A stretch of 46,160 bases of DNA, taken from NCBI GenBank assembly GCA_045660565.1, contig JAZRDX010000008.1, positions 1 to 46,160 on the forward strand. Direction: 5' to 3'. How positions within the stretch are numbered: position 1 is the first letter of the stretch; each line of letters opens with the position of its first letter. Made by a program: the position numbers and the translations under genes. Origin of the DNA: Eubacteriales bacterium. Lineage in GTDB: Bacteria; Bacillota; Clostridia; Oscillospirales; CAG-272. Under the pieces are notes generated by a model, which saw only the letters and a program-made list of their open reading frames with translations, was not told where the DNA came from and did not search any database. Below, piece after piece: positions 25,303-32,998 of this stretch.

Positions 25303-25899
25303 ATGGATAAAAAAGAAAGTCCCTTTTTTGCGTTGGTTTTTCGCCAGAAATATATTCAGCGTTGGGGGCTTATGAGAAATGCGCTTCCCGAAACTCTCGC
25401 GCAGCATTCGTCTGAATGTGCCCTTATCACACACGCTCTTGCGGTTATCGGTAACAAGGTTTTCGGCAAAAGTTATGATACCGGAAAGGCGGTAACGCTT
25501 GCGCTTTATCACGACGTTCCCGAGGTTTTTACGGGGGATATGCCGACGCCTATCAAATACGCTAACCCCATTATAAGAAGCGAGTTTGGTATGATTGAGG
25601 AGCAGAGCGCAAAAAATCTGCTTGAAAAGCTTCCGAGCGAGCTCAGGGACGAATATAAATCTCTTTTCTGCGAGGAAGAAGAGGATGCGGAGCTTCATAA
25701 GCTGGTAAAGGGCGCTGATAGAATTTGCGCGTATATAAAATGCGTTGAGGAAGAAAAGTTCCACAATACCGAGTTTTCGCATGCGAAAATCGGCATTGAA
25801 AAGAAACTTAACGAAACCGAGCTTCCTGAAATTAAGTATTTTATGGATTACTTTTTGCCCGCGTTTACCATGACGCTTGACGAGCAGCAAGGGTTTTGA
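25303..25899 (+). CDS. yfbR: HD-domain 5'-deoxynucleotidase, YfbR-like
   Basis: Collinear with my recollection of E. coli YfbR: IQRWGLMRN, QHS..CALI.HAL, LYHDVPEVFTGDMPTPIKY, ADRICAYIKCVEE. Confidence 0.85.
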   Translation: MDKKESPFFALVFRQKYIQRWGLMRNALPETLAQHSSECALITHALAVIGNKVFGKSYDTGKAVTLALYHDVPEVFTGDMPTPIKYANPIIRSEFGMIEEQSAKNLLEKLPSELRDEYKSLFCEEEEDAELHKLVKGADRICAYIKCVEEEKFHNTEFSHAKIGIEKKLNETELPEIKYFMDYFLPAFTMTLDEQQGF

Positions 25900-25988
25900 T
25901 GTTTTTCAGATGTGAGTTAACTGCTTTTATGACATTTTAAAAGGAAAATTACTTGGAATTATAAGACTAAGAAAGGTAAAATGACAAA

Positions 25989-27035
25989 ATGACAAAGGAT
26001 AATAAGATAGGATACGCGGTTGCGGGACTCGGTGTCGGAAAAACACACGTAGAGTCCGCGCTTCAGTACGAAAAATGCAGACTTGTCGCGGTTTGCGACC
26101 TTATTCCGGAGAAAATTAAGAGCGTTACCGATAAAAACCCGGACGTTATCGGTTATACCGATTTCGATGAGATGCTGAAGAATCCCGAAATAGACGTAAT
26201 AAGCATTTGTCTTCCGAGCGGAATACACGCGGAGTATGCGGTTAAAGCTCTGAACGCGGGTAAAAACGTGCTCGTTGAGAAGCCTATCGACATTACGGTC
26301 GAGGCGGCGATGAAGATCGAAGAGGCGAGAAAACTTACAGGTAAAAAGGTTGGCTGTATTTATCAGAACAGAAATCATGCTGTTATGAAGCCGCTTAAAG
26401 CCGCTATTGACAGCGGAAAGCTCGGCAAGGTGTTCCTCGGAACGTTTGCTGTAAAGTGGTACAGAGCGCAGAGCTACTATGACGGTGAAACCTGTTGGCA
26501 CGGCACGTGGGAAATGGACGGCGGCGGCTCGCTCATCAATCAGGCTATCCACACGCTTGACATTATGCAGTGGCTTATGGGTGAACCGGAGAGCGTAACC
26601 TCGACGATGTCGATAAACGCCCACAATATAGACACCGAGGACCTTACGGCGTCCATAGTAAAGTTTAAAAGCGGAGCCACAGCGACGTTTTTATCCACTA
26701 CCTGCTGCTATCCCGGTCTTTCCACCGATATTCAAATTTACGGAACCAAAGGCTCGGTTGAGCTTGACGCAGACGTTCTTAAGCTCTGGAAGATAGAGGG
26801 TGAGGACGAGCGCGACGAGGAGGATATGCTTGACAGATACGGCAGAGGAAACAGAGTTGCCTGCGCATACGAGGAAGGTCTTAAGTACGGACACGTAACA
26901 CAGATAGAGGATATGGTTGACGCAGTTATCGAGGACAGAGATCCCCAGATCACCCCTATGGAAGCGATCAAAGCCGTTAAGCTGATCGAAGCAATTTACA
27001 GCTCCGCGCGTACCGGAGAGACGGTGTATTTCTAA
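25989..27035 (+). CDS. Gfo/Idh/MocA family oxidoreductase
   Basis: IGYAVAGLGVGKTH Rossmann N-terminus and the EKP motif (VLVEKPIDIT). Confidence 0.85.
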   Translation: MTKDNKIGYAVAGLGVGKTHVESALQYEKCRLVAVCDLIPEKIKSVTDKNPDVIGYTDFDEMLKNPEIDVISICLPSGIHAEYAVKALNAGKNVLVEKPIDITVEAAMKIEEARKLTGKKVGCIYQNRNHAVMKPLKAAIDSGKLGKVFLGTFAVKWYRAQSYYDGETCWHGTWEMDGGGSLINQAIHTLDIMQWLMGEPESVTSTMSINAHNIDTEDLTASIVKFKSGATATFLSTTCCYPGLSTDIQIYGTKGSVELDADVLKLWKIEGEDERDEEDMLDRYGRGNRVACAYEEGLKYGHVTQIEDMVDAVIEDRDPQITPMEAIKAVKLIEAIYSSARTGETVYF

Positions 27036-27088
27036 AAACAAATCACCTTAATCTAAGGTGATAGGGTGAGATTTAATTAAATGTTGAT

Positions 27089-27138
27089 AAGGCTTTTGCA
27101 CAGAGAGACTCGTTGTCTCGGCAAAAGCCTTATTTTTA
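27089..27138 (+). terminator. Rho-independent terminator of the oxidoreductase gene
   Basis: Outer stem aaggcttttgc/gcaaaagcctt and inner stem gagac/gtctc, followed by attttta. Confidence 0.7.
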
Positions 27139-27218
27139 TGGGTAAAACCTGTGTTTAATTGTAAATATATTGTTAAAAACTACCTTTTTGTGCAAGTTGT
27201 ACACAAGTAGAAAAAATC

Positions 27219-27253
27219 GCCTTGTTTTTGTTTATAATGCACAAAAACAAGGC
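27219..27253. terminator. Orphan terminator-like hairpin in a long AT-rich spacer
   Basis: Perfect 13-bp stem gccttgtttttgt/acaaaaacaaggc with a 9-nt loop. aaaaaatc lies upstream and tggtttt downstream. No annotated gene ends here. Confidence 0.45.
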
Positions 27254-27491
27254 TGGTTTTGATTTATTTCAACCAAACGCAAATTTAACTTCTTTTTGAT
27301 AGAATGTGAATGTGTTTTTAACAAAGTGCCAAAAAATCAGGGTGAAAATAAAGCTAAAACCTTTGAAATTTCGGCAAAATGTCAAAAAAACAACCGTGGT
27401 CAAAAAAATGACTCCGAGCACGGTTTTTTCTTTTAAGAACGCCGTCGCCCGCTATATATAAAGGTGGACGAAAAAGTCTTCGAAAATTCGC

Positions 27492-27520
27492 TTGACTTTT
27501 TTATATTATTATGTTATAAT
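27492..27520 (+). promoter_or_regulatory. SigA-type promoter of the 13-kb ABC-associated operon
   Basis: TTGACT-17 nt-TATAAT with TGT upstream of the -10 element. It is about 185 nt upstream of the SBP start. Confidence 0.7.
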
Positions 27521-27593
27521 TTGAGAGTAAAAAACTTTTGCGACGATGTAGGTATTATCTGAGGTGCGGAATGGTACCGAGGAGGGTGCTTAA

Positions 27594-27710
27594 ATGTCGA
27601 ATCGGAAGCGGTGGTGGCTGCCGGCTCAGAGGAGCAAATTACAGCCAATCGGTTTACGCGCGAAGGCGCGAGCCAAACATAACAATTCTTTATGGAGGAA
27701 CCCTAAATGA
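27594..27710 (+). CDS. Possible 38-aa very basic upstream ORF (MSNRKRWWLPAQRSKLQPIGLRAKARAKHNNSLWRNPK)
   Basis: Not in the ORF track because it is under 60 aa. GAGGAGGG lies 7 nt upstream of the ATG. The stop TGA (27708-27710) overlaps the SBP ATG (27707-27709) as ATGA. Codon choice is GC-rich like neighbouring genes. No homology was recognised. Confidence 0.35.
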   Translation: MSNRKRWWLPAQRSKLQPIGLRAKARAKHNNSLWRNPK

Positions 27711-30700
27711 AACAATGGCGAAAACACAGACTTGTTGCTGTACTTTTGTTGGTCTGTACTTTTGTCGGTATGTTGCCCTTTACGGCTGCTTATGCCGCAA
27801 ATGACGACGTGCTTACCGGCGGAAGTGCGCTTGAGGATGACGAGACACTGTACGGCGGCAAAACTCTTGAGGAAATACTGAAGCTTACGAGCGGTATGAA
27901 CTACGACGTTTATAGTAGCAAGTGGGTTGGTAAAACTCAGGTTGATAAGAGCTCGGATAGAAAATGGCATGCATCTGATATAGTCGTTCCGAAGAACGAG
28001 AAGAGTCCTGTATCCGGAGAGTTTCTTACCACGTCCGACTATCAGATTGCCGATTTTACGGCGAAAAAGGCTGACGGAACACTTGATACTCGCGAAGGTG
28101 TTTATATGCCCGCAAGCGGTAAAACAACCTTTAAAATAACTGTTCCGCAGAGCGGTCTTTACGCTATCGACCTTGATTACTTCACTGTATCTCAGTTTGA
28201 TGAGGACGGAGACGGTGTTGCTGAAACGGTCGGTACGAAGACGATCATAGAGCGTATGTTCTATCTCGACGAGCAGCTTCCGTTCAACGAGTGCCGTTAC
28301 CTCTACATTCCGAGATGCTGGGAGTACGTCGGTACCGACGGAACGAGCATTCTTTATAAAGAGGACGAGCCGAAGCGCTCTGATTTCCAGAACGACCTTG
28401 ATTTCGACAAGGCGTATACAGAGTGGCTTAAGACCTCCGGCGGCGCGGGCGGAAACTACATGTGGGATACCGATATCGAGGATAACGATATCCGTCCCGA
28501 CCGTGTAGAGGCTCCTACGTGGCGTACATACTTCCTTAGAGACTGGCTCGGCTATACTGTTGAACCCTTCCAGTTCTATCTTACCGAGGGTGAGCACTAC
28601 TTCACCTTTGAGGCGACCAGAGAGCCTATCGTTGTTTCCGACATAAAGATCTACGGATATAACTCGGAAAACAGCTACGAGGTTGTTCTTGACAGATGGC
28701 TCGGTTCCGGTCTTCAGATTTACACCGGTGAGAGCGTATATGTGGTAGAGGCGGAAAGCCCGTACAGAGTATCTGATCAGGTTCTTTTCCCCGGTACCGA
28801 CCGTACCTCTTGCCTTAACTCTCCTTCCCATCCTTCCAACCTTGTTTATAATATTTCCAACTCCAGCGTCGTTGGTCAGTATATGACTTACAGGGTTTAC
28901 GTTCAGGAAGAGGGACTTTATAACATAATGGCGAGATTCCGTCAGAACACTATGGCGGGAATGTTTACGTCAAGACGTATCAGAGTAAACGGAGAAATAC
29001 CGTTTAAAGAGGCAAGCTACCTTAAATTTAATTATGATACTTCCTTCCAAAACATTCTTCTCGGCAACGGTAAAGAAGGCAAAGAGAAGCAGGATTACCT
29101 CTTCTACTTTGAGGCAGGCTGGAACGAAATAGAGGTAGAGGTCGTTCTCGGTGATATGTCCGCGTACATTTATGATATAGCGGCGCTTATCAGTACGCTT
29201 AACAGCGACTATCAGAAGATACTTATGGTAACCGGAACAAACCCCGATACCTACCGTGACTACGGATTTTCAAGACTTCTTCCCGGAGTTATGTCCGACC
29301 TTGCTAACGCAGCGATAAAGCTTGACGAGATTTATAACGGCCTCGTTGAGATAACGGGAGCGACCGGACAGCATATAGCAACGCTTGATACGATACGTAC
29401 TCTTGTTTCGAAGATGGCGCTTGATGAATATGAGATCGCACCTAACTTCCTTTCCTTTAAAAACTATTTAACAGCGCTCAGTAACTGGCTTTACACCTCG
29501 CTTTCTCAGCCGCTGAAGCTTGACTACTTACGTATTCAGGGCGAGGAGACCAAGGTTCCGAAGGCTAAGGCAGGCTTCTTCTACGCTATGGGTTACGAGG
29601 CAAAGGCGTTCGTAGCCAGCTTCTTCAAGGACTATAACGTTATAGGATTTAAGAGCGATAAGGATGCCAAGGATTACAAGGGCACCATTCTTATGTGGAA
29701 CACCACCAGCCGTGAGGATGCGCTTATACTCCGTACGATGATTGATTCATCGTTTACACCGGGCACCAATATAGCTGTTAACATCAGATATGTTGCGCAG
29801 GGACTTCAGGAATCAATTCTTGCGGGAGTTGGACCTGACGTTGCGATGATGGCGTCGGGTACGGCGGTTTCTTGGGGACTTCGTCATGCGGTTGAGGACC
29901 TCAGTGCTAAGTACACCGAGGCAGACCTTGAAAAAGGAAAGATACCCGAGGGCAAGAACGTAGGCGATGACGTTTACCCCGGATTCAGCGAGCTTTGTCC
30001 GAAGACCGCCCTTGACGACGACGGACTTGTAAACGATTTCGTTGTTCCCGATCCTAAGGTTTACGAGGAAACCGGTAAGTTTAACGTAAAATTCTCGCAT
30101 GCGGCTCTTGAAGCTGTATCGCTTGAAGGTAAGACCTACCTTATTCCCTGCACCATGAACTACGAAATGGCGTTCTACCGTGTCGACGTGTTTGCTCAGT
30201 ACGACCTGAAGCCTCCGAGAACATGGCAGGAGCTTCTTACAGTTCTTCCTAAGCTTACGAATAACCACATGACGATGGGTATGCAGACCTCTCTTGCCGG
30301 TTACCAGATGCTTCTTTACCAGATGGGCGAGAAGATGTATGCTGACGAGTATAAGAGATTCAATAACAGCGTAACCTGTCTTGAGGCATTTGATACGCTT
30401 TGCTCACTCTTTAACGACTATTCGCTTCCTGTTAACTACGACCTTACCCGTTTCCGTACCGGTGAGATTCCGATCGTTGTTGCTAACTGGACTACCTACA
30501 ATACCTTCATGAGCTACTATGAGCTTCGTGGAATGTGGACGATAGAGCCTCTTATCGGTTGGGACAAGGGCGACGGAACGGTTGACCGTTCTTCCATACT
30601 TAACGTTGAAGGTATCGTAATTCCTAAGGGAAGCGACAATCCCCAGCACGTATGGGAATACATCAAATGGTATTCCGATGATGAGGCACAGGCAAGACTT

Positions 30701-31036
30701 GCAAGACAGCAGCTTGCTGTATCCTCCAACACTACCGTAAAGTACAACACCGCGAACCTCAACGCTCTTCTTGAGCAGGCATGGACCGATGCAGAGAGAG
30801 AAGCGATGTTTGAGCAGATCCCTCACCTTAAAGGTATTCCGTACAACCCCGGTGATTATAACATCGGTCGTTACGTAAACTTTGCGTTCCTTGCTGTTTA
30901 TAACACCAAGGCAAACGCGGTTGACCAGATCCTTGACTACGTCGTTGATATAGACAAGGAGCTTTCGCGTAAGCGCAAGGAATATCACCTTTCATACATT
31001 GATTATTATACCGACGAGATAGTACCCGCCAAGTAA
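27707..31036 (+). CDS. 1109-aa extracellular solute-binding protein: two CBM-like beta-sandwich modules fused to a family-1 sugar SBP domain
   Basis: GGAGG RBS and signal MKQWRKHRLVAVLLLVCTFVGMLPFTAAYA, which has no canonical lipobox. The N-terminal ~600 aa contains two CBM6/35-like patterns (GLYAIDLDYF...YFTFEATREPIVVSDIKIYG and GLYNIMARFRQN...RIRVNGE...GWNEIEVEVVLG). The C-terminal ~500 aa is SBP-like. Confidence 0.7.
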   Translation: MKQWRKHRLVAVLLLVCTFVGMLPFTAAYAANDDVLTGGSALEDDETLYGGKTLEEILKLTSGMNYDVYSSKWVGKTQVDKSSDRKWHASDIVVPKNEKSPVSGEFLTTSDYQIADFTAKKADGTLDTREGVYMPASGKTTFKITVPQSGLYAIDLDYFTVSQFDEDGDGVAETVGTKTIIERMFYLDEQLPFNECRYLYIPRCWEYVGTDGTSILYKEDEPKRSDFQNDLDFDKAYTEWLKTSGGAGGNYMWDTDIEDNDIRPDRVEAPTWRTYFLRDWLGYTVEPFQFYLTEGEHYFTFEATREPIVVSDIKIYGYNSENSYEVVLDRWLGSGLQIYTGESVYVVEAESPYRVSDQVLFPGTDRTSCLNSPSHPSNLVYNISNSSVVGQYMTYRVYVQEEGLYNIMARFRQNTMAGMFTSRRIRVNGEIPFKEASYLKFNYDTSFQNILLGNGKEGKEKQDYLFYFEAGWNEIEVEVVLGDMSAYIYDIAALISTLNSDYQKILMVTGTNPDTYRDYGFSRLLPGVMSDLANAAIKLDEIYNGLVEITGATGQHIATLDTIRTLVSKMALDEYEIAPNFLSFKNYLTALSNWLYTSLSQPLKLDYLRIQGEETKVPKAKAGFFYAMGYEAKAFVASFFKDYNVIGFKSDKDAKDYKGTILMWNTTSREDALILRTMIDSSFTPGTNIAVNIRYVAQGLQESILAGVGPDVAMMASGTAVSWGLRHAVEDLSAKYTEADLEKGKIPEGKNVGDDVYPGFSELCPKTALDDDGLVNDFVVPDPKVYEETGKFNVKFSHAALEAVSLEGKTYLIPCTMNYEMAFYRVDVFAQYDLKPPRTWQELLTVLPKLTNNHMTMGMQTSLAGYQMLLYQMGEKMYADEYKRFNNSVTCLEAFDTLCSLFNDYSLPVNYDLTRFRTGEIPIVVANWTTYNTFMSYYELRGMWTIEPLIGWDKGDGTVDRSSILNVEGIVIPKGSDNPQHVWEYIKWYSDDEAQARLARQQLAVSSNTTVKYNTANLNALLEQAWTDAEREAMFEQIPHLKGIPYNPGDYNIGRYVNFAFLAVYNTKANAVDQILDYVVDIDKELSRKRKEYHLSYIDYYTDEIVPAK

Positions 31037-31066
31037 ATAATAATTAAGAAGATTTAAAAACACTGT

Positions 31067-31100
31067 CCCGACGTAAGCCGCTTAGTGCGGCCTACGTGGG
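31067..31100 (+). promoter_or_regulatory. Intercistronic stem-loop between the SBP and permease genes
   Basis: cccgacgtaagccgc-ttagt-gcggcctacgtggg is an imperfect ~13-bp stem with no U-run after it. Confidence 0.45.
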
Positions 31101-31137
31101 AACGAATATTATACAATTAAGATAGGAGATAGCGACT

Positions 31138-32109
31138 ATGTCTGATAATTCAACGGTTGTACAGGACGAAGTAGCGACTGAAGAAGTACCGTACGTCAAC
31201 AAAACTATCAGCAGATGGGAATACACTAGACGCGAAATGAAGCGTAAGTGGTCCGGATATGTTATGGTTGGCCCGTTCCTTCTTATGTTTGCAACCTTTA
31301 CCATCGTTCCGGTTGTTATGTCGTTCATTTTAAGCTTTACCAACTTTAATATGTTCGAATTTCCGGAATTTTGTTTCATGGATAACTACATTCGTCTTTT
31401 CCTGGAAGATGACCTCTTCCTCACAGCGTTCCAGAACACGCTTATATTTGCGTTAACAACAGGACCGCTTTCGTATATTCTTTCCTTCCTTCTTGCATGG
31501 TTCATAAACGAGCTTGCTCCGAAGGTAAGAGCATTCGCAACGTTTATATTCTACGGACCTTCCATTTCAGGCTCCGCTTACCTCGTCTGGAAGCTTATAT
31601 TCCAGGGAGATATATACGGACTTGCAAACGGAGTTCTGATGAAATTCGGTTTGATATCAAAGCCGATAGTATTCTTACAGAACGTAACTTACATAGTTCC
31701 CGTATGTATAGTAGTTTCTATTTGGACGTCTCTCGGAACTGCGTTCCTTTCATTTATCGCAGGTCTTCAGGGCGTTGACAGAAGCCTTTATGAAGCGGGA
31801 GCGGTTGACGGTGTTAAAAACCGTTGGCAGGAGCTTTGGTACATAACCCTTCCCTCAATGAAATCCATTCTTATGTTCGGTGCGGTTCTTGCTATTACCG
31901 GTGCGTTCGGATTCGGAGGAATAGTTGACGCGCTCTGCGGAAACCCCTCTACCGACTACTGCGCATGGACGCTTCAGCATCATATGGCAGACTACCTGAA
32001 CGCAAGATATGAGGTTGGATACGCTTCCTGTATATCAATCGTGCTCTTTATACTTATGTTCGGATCGAACATATTTATTAAAAATGCTTTGTCGAAGGTA
32101 GGTAACTGA
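31138..32109 (+). CDS. Sugar ABC transporter permease, MalF-like (pair 1)
   Basis: Six-TM layout and EAA loop YEAGAVDGVKNRWQELWYITLP. Confidence 0.85.
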   Translation: MSDNSTVVQDEVATEEVPYVNKTISRWEYTRREMKRKWSGYVMVGPFLLMFATFTIVPVVMSFILSFTNFNMFEFPEFCFMDNYIRLFLEDDLFLTAFQNTLIFALTTGPLSYILSFLLAWFINELAPKVRAFATFIFYGPSISGSAYLVWKLIFQGDIYGLANGVLMKFGLISKPIVFLQNVTYIVPVCIVVSIWTSLGTAFLSFIAGLQGVDRSLYEAGAVDGVKNRWQELWYITLPSMKSILMFGAVLAITGAFGFGGIVDALCGNPSTDYCAWTLQHHMADYLNARYEVGYASCISIVLFILMFGSNIFIKNALSKVGN

Positions 32110-32111
32110 GT

Positions 32112-32981
32112 ATGAAAAAACTGAGAACAAGAAAGCACGCCGTCGTTCTTAACCGAAGCGTCGGCGGAGATACGACCATTACCCTTATACTTTCGATATT
32201 CGGTATATTTATGTTTCTTCCTACTTATTATCTTATAATAACGGCATTCAAGCCGATAGGAGAAATGTTCCTTACACCGCCTAACTTCTACGTTATAAAA
32301 CCGACGTTCCAGAACTTTATCGACCTTTTCGCGTCAATGACTTCAACGTGGGTTCCGATTTCGAGATACATATTCAATACGATATTTATTTCGCTCGGCG
32401 CTACCGTCGGATGTCTTATTATAGGTTCTATGGCGGCGTATTCGATTTCCAAGGTTCGCTTCCCCGGAGCAAACGGAATATTCCAGCTTATAGTTTATTC
32501 GCTTATGATTTCCTCTACGGTTACGGGAATTGCGCACTTTATCATCTTCGTTTCGCTTAACTGGCTTAACACGTATACGATTTCTATAGTTCCGATCTGG
32601 GCATCTACCCTCGGTCTGTACCTTATGAAAAACTTTATAGACTCTTCAATTCCCGACTCAATGATCGAGGCGGCGCGAATTGAGGGTTGCTCGGAATTCA
32701 GAATATACCTTACGCTCGTTATGCCTCTGGTTAAGCCCGCGTGGCTTACACTTATGATCACCGTTTTCCAGCAGGTTTGGAACGTCGGTGCATCGAGCTA
32801 CGTTTACAGTGAAAACTTAAAAACATTCGATAATGCTATTAACAGCATCATCTCCGCATCGGGAACACAGGGTGCGGGAGCTGCTGCGGCCGTTATAATG
32901 ATGAGCGTACCGATCACGGTATTTATTATAACTCAGAGTAAGATGGTTGAAACGATGGCATCTTCCGGAATGAAGGATTAA
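32112..32981 (+). CDS. Sugar ABC transporter permease, MalG-like (pair 1)
   Basis: EAA loop IEAARIEGCSEFRIYLTLVMP. There is a 2-bp gap to the preceding gene. Confidence 0.85.
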   Translation: MKKLRTRKHAVVLNRSVGGDTTITLILSIFGIFMFLPTYYLIITAFKPIGEMFLTPPNFYVIKPTFQNFIDLFASMTSTWVPISRYIFNTIFISLGATVGCLIIGSMAAYSISKVRFPGANGIFQLIVYSLMISSTVTGIAHFIIFVSLNWLNTYTISIVPIWASTLGLYLMKNFIDSSIPDSMIEAARIEGCSEFRIYLTLVMPLVKPAWLTLMITVFQQVWNVGASSYVYSENLKTFDNAINSIISASGTQGAGAAAAVIMMSVPITVFIITQSKMVETMASSGMKD

Positions 32982-32998
32982 AGAAAGGGGAGCGAGTA

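Noticed and set aside
27527-27706. A known riboswitch class (cobalamin, c-di-GMP, T-box and others) in the operon leader.
   Set aside because: By eye I could not find a B12 box, a T-box sequence, or a terminator/antiterminator pair with a U-run. The question stays open pending an Rfam scan and is reported only as an unclassified leader.
27538-27804. An 88-aa plus-strand ORF spanning the operon leader and the SBP start.
   Set aside because: It has no RBS. The translation is Cys/Arg-rich and nonsensical, and it runs out of frame through the SBP signal-peptide codons. The shorter 38-aa frame at 27594-27710 is the only one with translation signals.
27626-28831. A 401-aa minus-strand ORF. Similar long antisense ORFs lie at 33881-34975, 19816-20760, 20932-21738, 5960-6769, 25246-25890, 25959-26624 and 37203-37928.
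   Set aside because: Each lies fully antisense to a plus-strand or minus-strand gene that has clear family motifs, an RBS and operon logic. The antisense translations are Arg/Val/Leu/Ser-rich with no motifs and no RBS. They are shadow ORFs produced by codon bias.
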